Part shown: piece after piece, positions 1-7,947 of the stretch
How positions within the stretch are numbered: position 1 is the first letter of the stretch
Layout of the letters: every line of letters begins with the position of its first letter
Source of the DNA: a virus
Taxonomy: Duplodnaviria > Caudoviricetes
Reading direction: 5' to 3' (one strand)
IMG/VR virus record: IMGVR_UViG_3300038379_000303
Coordinates: 1-36,357 of that record
DNA length: 36,357 nucleotides
Position numbers and translations under genes: made by a program
Notes under the pieces: generated by a model
Told to the model about the DNA's origin: nothing
Databases searched by the model: none
What the model saw: the letters and a program-made list of their open reading frames with translations, nothing else

Positions 1-393
1 CGTGAGTTCGGCCATGCTGTCTACCTCGGCCCCCAGGTAGTAGTCGCCGGGGTTAGCCTGTGCTATCTCTACCTGCAGGTAGTACCAGCCTGCCGACCAC
101 GACCCTGCGCCGCCGTAGCCCGCCCCGTACATCGGCGCCTTGTTGGGCACGTCGCTGTTCACCCACACCCGCGTGCCGTCGTGGAAGATGATGACATCGC
201 AGGACGCTCCCCATCCCTGCGAAGCCGACCCGTTGTTCGGGTGCTTCATCCAGTTCTCGGTGGCTGGCCCCTCGGCGACGACAGTAGAGCCGCCCCTCGT
301 GGCATGGAGCTGGATGCCCCTGAACGTCCTTAGCTTGGTCTCGAACAGCCACGGGTTGGGCGTGCCGTTCATCGGACGGTCGGTGTACTTCAT
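1..393 (-). CDS. Endolysin, N-acetylmuramoyl-L-alanine amidase (Amidase_2-like), 3' truncated by the window edge
   Basis: Hand translation from ATG 393 (AGGTGGAG upstream): MKYTDRPMNGTPNPWLFETKLRTFRGIQLHATRGG...WGASCDVIIFHDG...YYLQVEIAQ...EVDSMAELT. This follows the Amidase_2 pattern hhhHxT / S.H..I..DG / hGhE. Open to base 1; not in the ORF track. Confidence 0.75.
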   Translation of the reverse strand, partial: MKYTDRPMNGTPNPWLFETKLRTFRGIQLHATRGGSTVVAEGPATENWMKHPNNGSASQGWGASCDVIIFHDGTRVWVNSDVPNKAPMYGAGYGGAGSWSAGWYYLQVEIAQANPGDYYLGAEVDSMAELT

Positions 394-410
394 GACTCCA
401 CCTTAGCCAT

Positions 411-596
411 TTAGTCGCTTCCTTCAGCCACGATGTGGTCGACCCAGTCCCGCATGCGCTGTAGGGCGATGTTGGCCTGAAGCGCAACAGTCACACTTGT
501 GGCGCTGTGCAGAAGCCAGATTACGTAGTCCAGCTCCGCCTGCACCTTCACCCCTTCGTAGGCGAGCTGCTGGCGCTCTGTATTTTCAAGTGGCAT
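411..596 (-). CDS. Hypothetical protein (61 aa) between the two lysins
   Basis: ATG at 596 preceded by AAGGGAG; helical sequence MPLENTERQQ... Confidence 0.65.
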   Translation of the reverse strand: MPLENTERQQLAYEGVKVQAELDYVIWLLHSATSVTVALQANIALQRMRDWVDHIVAEGSD

Positions 597-610
597 TTGG
601 TAACTCCCTT

Positions 611-1183
611 CTACCACGGACGGCAACCCCAGGCGCGCCAGCTGTGATCACTCCATATCTCGTAAGCGATCTCGACATGGCGGTAGGGGTCATACACATC
701 GTTCCAGTACGACCAGCCACGGGCAGCGAACCTGTCCGCGTGAACCTCGTGAATCTGGAACAGGCCGTGGACAGATCCATTGTCTGCCCACGGCCTGCCG
801 CCGGACTCACACCACATGACGGTTAGTGCTTGATAGCAGTCCCATCCATAGGAGCAGACCAGTCGTTCGATGTCGTTGGTGAGGACTGGTGCGGGGGTTG
901 GTGCTGGTGGGGGAGGTGGGATGGGTTCTGGGACCGGTTCTGGGGCGGGGATTGGGACTGGCGTGAGAGCTGGCGTTGCTGCAGCCTCTGTAGGTACTCG
1001 TGTTCCTGTCGGCTTTGCTGTCGGCGCTTCAGCCAGTAGCCGATCGATATTCCTATGGGGAACAACCAGAGGGCGAGTATCAGGCTCATTATGCTTGGTC
1101 TCCTTTCCTACGGGGAATCCGAGAGCTGTTGCGGCAACCGCAACGGTGGCGATTGCAATGAGATAACTTCGAATGTCATTCAT
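611..1183 (-). CDS. Lytic transglycosylase (SLT/lysozyme-like) with N-terminal signal or anchor and Pro-rich linker
   Basis: Catalytic motif VMWCESGG, GLFQI motif, C-terminal DP..+..AY.IW...W.AW. Hydrophobic N-terminus YLIAIATVAVAATALG and PEPVPEPIPPPPP linker. Confidence 0.85.
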   Translation of the reverse strand: MNDIRSYLIAIATVAVAATALGFPVGKETKHNEPDTRPLVVPHRNIDRLLAEAPTAKPTGTRVPTEAAATPALTPVPIPAPEPVPEPIPPPPPAPTPAPVLTNDIERLVCSYGWDCYQALTVMWCESGGRPWADNGSVHGLFQIHEVHADRFAARGWSYWNDVYDPYRHVEIAYEIWSDHSWRAWGCRPW

Positions 1184-1439
1184 CCTCCGCTAACCGGCAC
1201 CAGACAGCACGATGCTGCTGCAACCAGTAGTTCATGGTTGTGCGGTCATAACCGTGGAATACGAGCATCAACTCCTTCCATGTGAAGTCGAATAGTTTGC
1301 GGGCTTGGTGGGTGACCAGACCCCTTGCTTGTGTAACCGGCCGTCGGCCACGACCAGACGCTGGGTAGCGAAGCAGCTCGGAGATCGGTACGTCGTAGTA
1401 GCGTGCTGCGAAGATGATGCTCGGAACAAGATTAGTCAC
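1176..1439 (-). CDS. Stand-alone DnaA domain IV-like (Bac_DnaA_C) HTH protein
   Basis: AARYYDVPISEL...GRRPVTQARGLVTHQARKLFDFTWKELMLVFHGYDRTT parallels the DnaA C-terminal pattern R..+..ARQ.AMYLAR.L...SL..IG..FGGRDHTT. Likely GTG start at 1439 overlapping the upstream stop; the ORF-track start at 1721 overlaps the resolvase. Confidence 0.7.
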   Translation of the reverse strand: MTNLVPSIIFAARYYDVPISELLRYPASGRGRRPVTQARGLVTHQARKLFDFTWKELMLVFHGYDRTTMNYWLQQHRAVWCRLAEDE

Positions 1440-1746
1440 CTTGTCCGACAGGTCCAAACCAGTCGAGGAAGTCATCGAAAGCGATGACGACATAGCGTTC
1501 GGTTCGGTGCCCTTGTCCGGGGGAGTGCGATATGACGGTGATGGGTAGGTGTTGGGGGTCTGAGTCTCGGCGCGACTGCTCGACGGCAGCGATAAGCCAT
1601 ACGGGAACCGAGACTCGTGTCTTGACTTGGACTGATAGCCAATCAGTTCTGCCATCGGCTTGGCTCCGGCCTGTGTTTGGGAGGCGTTGACCTCCGAGTT
1701 TGTGCATGATCTCTCTTTCATGGCGCTTCCACCTCGATGCTTTCAT
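1432..1746 (-). CDS. Holliday junction resolvase-like PD-(D/E)xK nuclease
   Basis: MKASRWKRHEREI...QADG...SVQVK...WL..AVEQS...DDFLDWF has the Hjc-type layout. ATG at 1746 overlaps the primase TGA (ATGA). Confidence 0.7.
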   Translation of the reverse strand: MKASRWKRHEREIMHKLGGQRLPNTGRSQADGRTDWLSVQVKTRVSVPVWLIAAVEQSRRDSDPQHLPITVISHSPGQGHRTERYVVIAFDDFLDWFGPVGQGD

Positions 1747-2513
1747 CTGACCCGCTCGATAAGTTGTCTGAACCGGTTCGGACCGCCGCCTTCGCCACAG
1801 CCGAAACAGTACCAGATGTTCTTGTCGGGGGTCACATGGAAGGATGCCGTGTTCTCTGCGTGAAAGGGACAAAGCCCCCACCAGTCGCGGCCTCGCTTAC
1901 TGAGTTCAACATACTTCTGAACGATCGGCAGAAGTGGTTCTGTCCCACGGGTGTCCCGTAAGAGATGATCGACAACCGGTGGGGTGTAGCACCTAAGATT
2001 CTGCATCAGGCTATCGAGGTACTTGTGAAATGCCTTGCGGTTGTTGATGGCTATCCATGCTTCGCTAATATCCTTGTAGGGCTGAGGGGTGACCCACCAG
2101 ATGCAGCCGAGACTGCGAGCGAGCTTGGTGCGTAGCTGACGGCCGGCGTCGTCGTTGTCCATAAGGAGAACGGGGCGGCGCTTACCGATGTATTTCCGCC
2201 ATTCAGGACGCCATGTGGCGGCTCCAGGTATCCCGATGGCGGGAACATTCAGTTCCCAAAGAGTAAGGGCGTCAGACTCGCCTTCGACGATAGCGAGTTC
2301 GCCCGGCACTTCATGCCAGCGATGCCAGATGCCGTAGGGGATGAGCTGGTCACCGCTACGCCAGCGGAAGCTGTCCCAGTTCGAGCGGCTGCGGATAGCT
2401 TGGACGTCTCCGTTCTCGTCCATGTACGGGATACGAAGGCCTGAGCTGATACCTGAGTTGACGAGGGTGTCGAGCGACAGGTGTTTGGCTTTGGCAAACT
2501 CTTCGATGTTCAT
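1743..2513 (-). CDS. DNA primase: TOPRIM domain with a C-terminal CHC2 zinc finger
   Basis: TOPRIM motifs IVEGESDAL, GIPGA and MDNDDAG. C-terminal GLCPFHAENTASFHV...WYCFGCGEGG is a DnaG zf-CHC2. Confidence 0.9.
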   Translation of the reverse strand: MNIEEFAKAKHLSLDTLVNSGISSGLRIPYMDENGDVQAIRSRSNWDSFRWRSGDQLIPYGIWHRWHEVPGELAIVEGESDALTLWELNVPAIGIPGAATWRPEWRKYIGKRRPVLLMDNDDAGRQLRTKLARSLGCIWWVTPQPYKDISEAWIAINNRKAFHKYLDSLMQNLRCYTPPVVDHLLRDTRGTEPLLPIVQKYVELSKRGRDWWGLCPFHAENTASFHVTPDKNIWYCFGCGEGGGPNRFRQLIERVR

Positions 2514-4006
2514 GAGGTGGCTCTCCTTTCAGGACACTGCGGTGCGAGCCGCATGCAGATTAGTTCGTCGTCATCGGTTGTTATAGCCCAACCCCTGGCG
2601 TGTAGGTCGTTTCTGTACGATTCTGCGTTGCGCTTGCTCATGTGCGTAGCGGCTTGAATTTCAGCCATCGTAAGGGGGCGACGCCCGTTGTGTGACGCTT
2701 CACAGATGAGCGACATAATGTCGCGGCGCTCTTTCTCGTCAGGTTGCTTGACGTAGACGGCATCGATGATCGTTGCTGCTGAGCGGTACCAGCGGTCGAG
2801 CAGACCAAGTGCAAGCGAGAGCCAGTGGGACGGAACCGGTGACGAGGGCGTGGGCCATCGGTCAGCAGCTGCGAGGAGCGTGGCGATCTTAAGGGCGATG
2901 ATGCCGGAGCGCTGAGCGATATAGTCATGTGGTGCGTAGGTTCCCGTGTCGACGAGGACGGAGCTTGCTGGAGCGATATCGTGACAGTCAACAGTGACAC
3001 GTGGCAATGCCTGAATTGCACGCAGGCGAGTGGTAACGGTGGTCCAGCATGCGACCTGATTCTCGAGGCGGGGGCGGCGTTCCTCTTCGCCCTTACTGTG
3101 GACGAGGATAAGGCGATTGATGAGACCAGAGGTGACGTTGCGGCCGCTGAATAGCTCTTCGCCCATGATCTCAGGCTGGATACCGGCGAGGAACGACAGG
3201 CAGGGGTCGCTGGCTTCGTAGGTGGCTTTCATAAGGTGACGGCGGTACACGCCTGAGTGATCAAAGAGACTTAGTAGGATTTCTCGGATAGGACCCATGT
3301 AGTCCCGTCCTCTCAGAGACGACAGGAGGCCACTGAGTTCGTCCTTAATCCAGAGGCGTGAGGGGAAGTCCGCTAGGTCTCGTACAAGGGCCTCAGCGCT
3401 GCTCTCGTCGGCTGCAAGAAGCTGTGGGTTGGTAGCTTCGACGAGCTGCTTTGTGTACTTGAGGACGCTGGACTTGTAGCTCCGGCCGGTGGCGCCTACG
3501 AGGACGATGTACAGGTTGCAGAAATGGTAGCCAAAGCCGTAGGCCTCGAAGGCTAGGCGGTTGCCGGTAGCGGCAGCCCATGTTGCAAGAGCGCCAGCGA
3601 CGGCGAAGTCGAGGGATATCTGAGTACCGGCCATGCGGAGCGTGGCCAGCTGACGAATGATGGCTGGGTACTCTCGCAGATCGTCGTAGTCGGGTAGGTC
3701 TGGCCAGTCGACGGGTGTATCGACCGGTTGATGGGGCGATGGCTTGGCTGGTACTGGGCGGTTGTGATCAGCGAAGTCTGCTTGGTATGCGCCGCTGCTC
3801 CGCTGCAACTCTTCGCACAACTGGCGGAATGCCAAATAGCCACCCTGTTCACCTGCAAGGTACGAAGCGAAGCGGACGCGAGCATCATCGAGGATGCGCC
3901 AGCCGAACTCCTTGATAAGGGATCGGCGGTAGTGGGGTTGAAGGCGGCGGCCACCGATACGCTCGATGGCCGCCCAGTATTCGCTATGTGTTGTCTGCGA
4001 GGGCAT
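2510..4006 (-). CDS. DUF3987/YfjI-like P-loop ATPase, putative replicative helicase
   Basis: NLYIVLVGATGRSYKSS (Walker A-like), SAEAL, WIKDELSGLL (Walker B), LSFLAGIQP and GLINRL. ATG at 4006 with AAGGAG; next to the primase. Confidence 0.8.
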   Translation of the reverse strand: MPSQTTHSEYWAAIERIGGRRLQPHYRRSLIKEFGWRILDDARVRFASYLAGEQGGYLAFRQLCEELQRSSGAYQADFADHNRPVPAKPSPHQPVDTPVDWPDLPDYDDLREYPAIIRQLATLRMAGTQISLDFAVAGALATWAAATGNRLAFEAYGFGYHFCNLYIVLVGATGRSYKSSVLKYTKQLVEATNPQLLAADESSAEALVRDLADFPSRLWIKDELSGLLSSLRGRDYMGPIREILLSLFDHSGVYRRHLMKATYEASDPCLSFLAGIQPEIMGEELFSGRNVTSGLINRLILVHSKGEEERRPRLENQVACWTTVTTRLRAIQALPRVTVDCHDIAPASSVLVDTGTYAPHDYIAQRSGIIALKIATLLAAADRWPTPSSPVPSHWLSLALGLLDRWYRSAATIIDAVYVKQPDEKERRDIMSLICEASHNGRRPLTMAEIQAATHMSKRNAESYRNDLHARGWAITTDDDELICMRLAPQCPERRATS

Positions 4007-4259
4007 TTCTGACTCCTTGAACGAACTCCTCCGCCATCTGGTCGATGCTGGCGATGGAGAGTGGCGGCAGGTGTTCGGCGTAGGATTGGGCCATCTCGCG
4101 GACGAAGTCGGGATGGGTGAAAGTAAGGCCGAGCATGATCGAGAGGATGCCCTCGTCCCGTCCGTGCTCAGCATGGAACTCCTGCCATTGGGTGACGAAC
4201 TCGCTCAGCTGGAAGAGGAAGCAGTTGAGCTTACATATGTGAGGATGCTCACACGTCAC
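3984..4259 (-). CDS. Hypothetical protein (91 aa)
   Basis: GTG start with AAAGGA upstream; overlaps the start of the next gene. Confidence 0.6.
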   Translation of the reverse strand: MTCEHPHICKLNCFLFQLSEFVTQWQEFHAEHGRDEGILSIMLGLTFTHPDFVREMAQSYAEHLPPLSIASIDQMAEEFVQGVRNALADNT

Positions 4260-4372
4260 TATAGGTATCCTTTCCCGTACACGTGTACGACCTGTATTAC
4301 CACCGCGTATAGCCTATATAGAGATAGGTAATATAAGTGTATGTGTACGTGTGTGTATGAAGAGGGTATAGG
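4260..4372. promoter_or_regulatory. AT-rich intergenic region with a 14-bp palindrome and GTGTAY repeats; candidate origin or operator
   Basis: Perfect palindrome CGTACACGTGTACG at 4276-4289; GTGTAY at 4337, 4343 and 4353; ATAGGTA at 4261 and 4324. Lies just upstream of the helicase/primase genes. Confidence 0.5.
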
Positions 4373-4888
4373 TTAGGTGGTGATGATTTTGGGTGCCGGT
4401 TGGCGGAGGACGCGGACCTCAGCGTAGGCCGACGACACGGTCTTGTCGATCATGCTCTCGATGATCTCGCTGTCGATGTTCCAGTTGTAGGACAGCTCGT
4501 TACGGAGAGTCTCAGGATCAAGGGTCTTCGCCGTGGCGACGATGATGTCAGGGATGTCCTTGTAAGCGACAAGCTCGTTCTTGAGCAAGATTTCAGCGAC
4601 CTTCGGGGGTTCAGCCTTCTCGGTTGTCCTGCGCTTGACCGCGGTGCGTAGGCCGAGGTCGTCATCTGTGTACGATTCAAGTTGCTGGTCGTTGAGCATG
4701 GTCGCCAAGATGGAACCGAGGAAGCGACGGTAGTTGGTCCATGCTTTCTCCTCCTCCTGTGCCTGGTGGTAGCGGCTCATCAAGTGGCTTGCCTTCTGCT
4801 GCCATGTGGTCAGGTCCTCGGGCCATTCGATGACCTCACCGGTTTCGTTATCGACGACGATCTCGCCGACCTTTGTTAGCTTGCTCAT
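4373..4888 (-). CDS. Hypothetical protein, weakly Gp157/Gam-like
   Basis: ATG at 4888 with AAAGGAG. N-terminal VDNETGEVIE followed by helical segments, as in siphovirus Gp157-type proteins. The family call is weak. Confidence 0.55.
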   Translation of the reverse strand: MSKLTKVGEIVVDNETGEVIEWPEDLTTWQQKASHLMSRYHQAQEEEKAWTNYRRFLGSILATMLNDQQLESYTDDDLGLRTAVKRRTTEKAEPPKVAEILLKNELVAYKDIPDIIVATAKTLDPETLRNELSYNWNIDSEIIESMIDKTVSSAYAEVRVLRQPAPKIITT

Positions 4889-4890
4889 GG

Positions 4891-5808
4891 TTATCTGATC
4901 TCCTTTCGAAACTCTGAGCGTTCGTCTGTGTGGCCACATGCGGGACACACGAGCCACGTAGCAGGCTTGGGAAGTGTGTCCTCGTACTCAGTACTCTTGA
5001 TGTGTTTCGCTTCGGTTCTTGTGGCTCCTGCCGCTTCTGCGATGGCGAGTAGCTGTTCAGCTCGTACAGGGTCCTTGTTGGCGACCGGGGCGAACTCTTC
5101 GTAGACGGAGAAGGAACAGTCCCGCTGTCGGGACTTTTCCGTTGGGAAGGCACGGCAGACGTAGACGTAGTTCTTGAGTCTGTCATAGGACAGATCGAAG
5201 AGGTCGATCGCCTGTGCGTACATTTCGCCATACTGCTGTTCGCCTGCGATAAGAAAGTCACCGATGGCCCATTGGATGCCTTGTCTCATGAGACCGATCG
5301 TTCGACCGAGAACGAGGTACTCCTCGATGTCCATGACGGGCAGCTGGCGCAGGCCTTTGGGCGTTAGAAGCCCTTCAAGGGTAGGAGGAGTGGGTGGGCT
5401 AGCCTCCTCTGTGCACATCGTTTGAAGGTTTCGCACGGGGGCTTGCTCTGGACGAGCTGCCTTACTGAGGGGGGAAGGGATCTCTTTCCAGAGGAGTGCC
5501 CACCCATCCTCTCTGTGGGTGGTAGCAGGATTATATATCCGATAGTAGCGAAGTGTCTTTCCGGCGCTGGTAGTGTGTGTGCGGACATCGTTGCGCAGGG
5601 TAGTGCCGTTGTCGATGAGGTCATGGATACTGCCGCAGATGATGGCGACAATTTTGCTTCGCTTGCCGTCAGGGTTACCACCGATGCCCTTCTTGGGGTA
5701 GTGCTGGTGGGTAGGAGGCCCTGAGCAAGTGTGATCTGATATCTCCCTGCACCACGGTACGTGGATGTCCTTGTCATCAGGCCATGGGCAGTCAGGCGGA
5801 CACTTCAT
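4891..5808 (-). CDS. Fusion of an HNH-like Cys/His domain, an LmbU-like DNA-binding domain and a C-terminal zinc ribbon
   Basis: QWAIGDFLIAGEQQYGEMYAQAIDLFDLSYDRLKNYVYVCRAF...SFS matches the LmbU/NovE pattern W.+GDW...GE..YG..Y..A.....Y..L.NY..V.R.F. N-terminal HQHYPKKGIGG...IICGSIHD; C-terminal CPACGH. Confidence 0.7.
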   Translation of the reverse strand: MKCPPDCPWPDDKDIHVPWCREISDHTCSGPPTHQHYPKKGIGGNPDGKRSKIVAIICGSIHDLIDNGTTLRNDVRTHTTSAGKTLRYYRIYNPATTHREDGWALLWKEIPSPLSKAARPEQAPVRNLQTMCTEEASPPTPPTLEGLLTPKGLRQLPVMDIEEYLVLGRTIGLMRQGIQWAIGDFLIAGEQQYGEMYAQAIDLFDLSYDRLKNYVYVCRAFPTEKSRQRDCSFSVYEEFAPVANKDPVRAEQLLAIAEAAGATRTEAKHIKSTEYEDTLPKPATWLVCPACGHTDERSEFRKEIR

Positions 5809-6398
5809 GATTCCGGAAGTGCCTTGATAGCGGCAACGATGCGGGTGCGCACGCTGGCAGATGTGCCTTCAGTGAACGTGATGTTACCGTTCTCGTCGTA
5901 GATGAGGTGCTCGCTGAGCTTGTCGTCGAGGTGCTCGAGGACTGTGGCCATGCCGCCTCGCGACTCCACGAGGGGTGAGATATCGTTGATGAGCGTGGGC
6001 TTCGCGGCGTTGGCAGTGTCAGTGTGAGTGTCGTCGGTGGACTGGTTCTTGAGAACGGGTGTGTCCAGAGACTGGAGCTTGTAGGCTTTGCCGCTGTCGC
6101 CTGCGCCTGTGACCAGCTTGAGGGAGAGGGGGAGCTGGTAGTTCTTGATGATGTACTCGAGCTGTGGGCGGACGACCTGGCCATCGAGCCAGTATTGCTT
6201 CTGGGCGTCCTCACCGAAGAGGGTCACCGTAGCGATGTAGGCAGAGCGTTCAGCGTCGGTGACCTTATCGGTCCACGTTGCCAATTCAAGGCTGTCGAGG
6301 ACGAATGGCAGGTTCACCAGCTGTGCTTGCTTGAGGACGGTGTTGCCGGAGTTAGCCTCGGCGATATCGTCCAATGCTTGCTGTAGGTCCTGACTCAT
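5805..6398 (-). CDS. Hypothetical protein, possibly single-stranded DNA binding (OB-like)
   Basis: ATG with AAAGGAGG. Beta-rich N-terminal domain ending LPLSLKLV...GKAYKL and a position in the replication module. The function is inferred. Confidence 0.5.
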   Translation of the reverse strand: MSQDLQQALDDIAEANSGNTVLKQAQLVNLPFVLDSLELATWTDKVTDAERSAYIATVTLFGEDAQKQYWLDGQVVRPQLEYIIKNYQLPLSLKLVTGAGDSGKAYKLQSLDTPVLKNQSTDDTHTDTANAAKPTLINDISPLVESRGGMATVLEHLDDKLSEHLIYDENGNITFTEGTSASVRTRIVAAIKALPES

Positions 6399-6757
6399 TT
6401 GTATGAACCTCCTTTCAGGACTAGTGTGTGTTCGCCGCTACAGAGTGGACAGAGGAAGTAAGCGTGGGTATGGTTTCCAGTTGCGCGGTTGACTTGCCAG
6501 TGATGGTGACAACGTCTGTTGGAGCGTCGTTTCGACGGTAGGCGCATAGCGTCTGGGCGAAGTCCTCGCTCGGCGGCGTACAGGTTGCTCAAGATTTTCA
6601 TCTTGGTAGGGATACGGTATCCTTGCTCCCAGGCGCGGACGGTGCTGATGTTGACACCGATGAGTTGGGCGAACTCCTTCTGGGTGAGACCCGTAAGGGC
6701 ACGCAGTGTGCGGATGCGATCGGCTGACCAATAGAGAACGTCTTCTGCAGTTGGCAT
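6395..6757 (-). CDS. XRE-family HTH regulator with a C-terminal Cys/His zinc ribbon
   Basis: IRTLRALTGLTQKEFAQLIGVNISTVRAWEQGYRIP is a typical HTH_3; CHHHW...CPLC follows. Likely start is ATG 6757. Confidence 0.85.
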   Translation of the reverse strand: MPTAEDVLYWSADRIRTLRALTGLTQKEFAQLIGVNISTVRAWEQGYRIPTKMKILSNLYAAERGLRPDAMRLPSKRRSNRRCHHHWQVNRATGNHTHAYFLCPLCSGEHTLVLKGGSYK

Positions 6758-6763
6758 GTAGAT

Positions 6764-6772
6764 AGTATAGCA
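6764..6772 (-). promoter_or_regulatory. Extended -10 promoter (TGcTATACT) for a leaderless transcript of the leftward operon
   Basis: TATACT lies 6 nt upstream of ATG 6757 with no Shine-Dalgarno sequence. Confidence 0.6.
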
Positions 6773-6782
6773 GGGATATACC

Positions 6783-7235
6783 ATGACGGCTAAGCGATAT
6801 GACACTGAGACGAAGGCGCGTGCGCTTGCGTTGTTGCGGGAGGGTAAGCCTGTGTACTTGGTGGCGAGGGAGATTGGTGTGGGGGAGCGGACGGTGTGCA
6901 CGTGGGCGAAGCGATTCGAGAGCGCAGCGCTGGTAGCTGGCGAGCGGGGCTTGATCGATGAGGAATATCGGATCGCGGGGCGAGCGCAGGAACTCATTCA
7001 CGAGGCGCTGGACCAAATCGAGGAGCAGGGCGATGCGGCAAAGTATCTTGGTGCGCTCAACGCGGTGCGGGGGACTATGGTAGACAAGTTGCTTGCACGC
7101 GAAGCGAACCGAAAGGGGTACTCTGGCACGAACAACATCTTCATTCTGCAGGCGGCTCAGCGTTTGGGTATCGCAGCGCCTCCCGACATCGGGGACGACA
7201 TCGAAGTGGTCGCTCGTCCTGATGAGAGAAAGTAA
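6783..7235 (+). CDS. HTH protein, probable terminase small subunit
   Basis: N-terminal HTH (YDTETKARALALLREG...VAREIGVGERTVCTW), a helical middle with GTMVDK, and a C-terminal TNNIFI strand. It is the nearest credible plus-strand gene upstream of terL. Confidence 0.6.
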   Translation: MTAKRYDTETKARALALLREGKPVYLVAREIGVGERTVCTWAKRFESAALVAGERGLIDEEYRIAGRAQELIHEALDQIEEQGDAAKYLGALNAVRGTMVDKLLAREANRKGYSGTNNIFILQAAQRLGIAAPPDIGDDIEVVARPDERK

Positions 7236-7249
7236 GTTTGGGTTTGGAT

Positions 7250-7301
7250 GGATTGAAGAGAAAGGCGTCCGCCAGCGGGTGGTGTTCCCGCTGGCGGACG
7301 C
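7250..7301 (-). terminator. Intrinsic terminator for the ardC block, possibly bidirectional
   Basis: Perfect 15-bp stem 7265-7279/7287-7301 followed by CTTTCTCTTC on the minus strand; lies between convergent genes. Confidence 0.8.
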
Positions 7302-7312
7302 TGTGGGTGCGG

Positions 7313-7609
7313 CTAGTCGAATAGGGTGGGTTGGTGGTGGCTGTGGGTGCGGTGGATTCTGTCGGTTAAGAGTGCGGTGAGACAGGAGTCGTCGAGTTCG
7401 ATGCCGAAGACGCAGCGCCATGCTATGGCTGTGGCCCACCATGTGTGTGGTACGAGTGCTTGGAGGGATGGCCACCAGATGGGTCCTTCCATGTCGGCTG
7501 GTGTGCGGGGGGTGAGTTGCCTGGTGGCTAGGGAGCGGAGCGTGTCTTTGGCGACTTCGATGATGGCGACGACGTGGTCCCAGTCGATGGGGGGTTTGCG
7601 GCGCTTCAT
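7313..7609 (-). CDS. Hypothetical protein (98 aa)
   Basis: MKRRKPPIDWDH...; ATG overlaps the upstream TGA (ATGA). The longer 273-aa ORF-track call overlaps two other genes. Confidence 0.6.
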   Translation of the reverse strand: MKRRKPPIDWDHVVAIIEVAKDTLRSLATRQLTPRTPADMEGPIWWPSLQALVPHTWWATAIAWRCVFGIELDDSCLTALLTDRIHRTHSHHQPTLFD

Positions 7610-7935
7610 TTGGGGGTTGTGCCGTGGAGCCATGCGTCTAGGGTGGCGAGTATGGTGGCGAGTTCGTGGTTGTAGAGGGGTTGCCAGGTGGTGAGGGGTC
7701 CCGATGCGATGCCGAGTGAGTGGCGGAGTGCTAGCAGGTCGAGGTGGTGGGTGGTGTGGTGGGTGTGTGCGCTGCGCATGGCGACGCGGTAGGGGGTGGC
7801 GGGTTCGCCGGCGGCGGTGGCTTGTTCGTAGGCGCGCTTGAGGCCGGGGGTGGTGGGTTCTGTGGTTTTCTGGGGGAGTGCGGGGTAGGTCGCGATGTCG
7901 TGTTGGCCGCAGTACGGGCAGGTGTTGGGGTACAT
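7606..7935 (-). CDS. Hypothetical protein with an N-terminal CPYC motif
   Basis: ATG with AAAGGAG; 109 aa. Confidence 0.65.
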   Translation of the reverse strand: MYPNTCPYCGQHDIATYPALPQKTTEPTTPGLKRAYEQATAAGEPATPYRVAMRSAHTHHTTHHLDLLALRHSLGIASGPLTTWQPLYNHELATILATLDAWLHGTTPK

Positions 7936-7947
7936 TGGTTGCTCCTT

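Noticed and set aside
53-487. 144-aa minus and 88-aa plus ORF-track calls
   Set aside because: They are shadow frames of the amidase ORF 1-393, which has an RBS and family motifs.
4260-4372. Canonical DnaA boxes for the DnaA-IV-like protein
   Set aside because: No TTATCCACA-like 9-mer is visible.
6783-7235. IS3-family transposase OrfA, suggested by the N-terminal HTH
   Set aside because: No DDE OrfB, terminal inverted repeats or frameshift signal; a terS-like role fits better.
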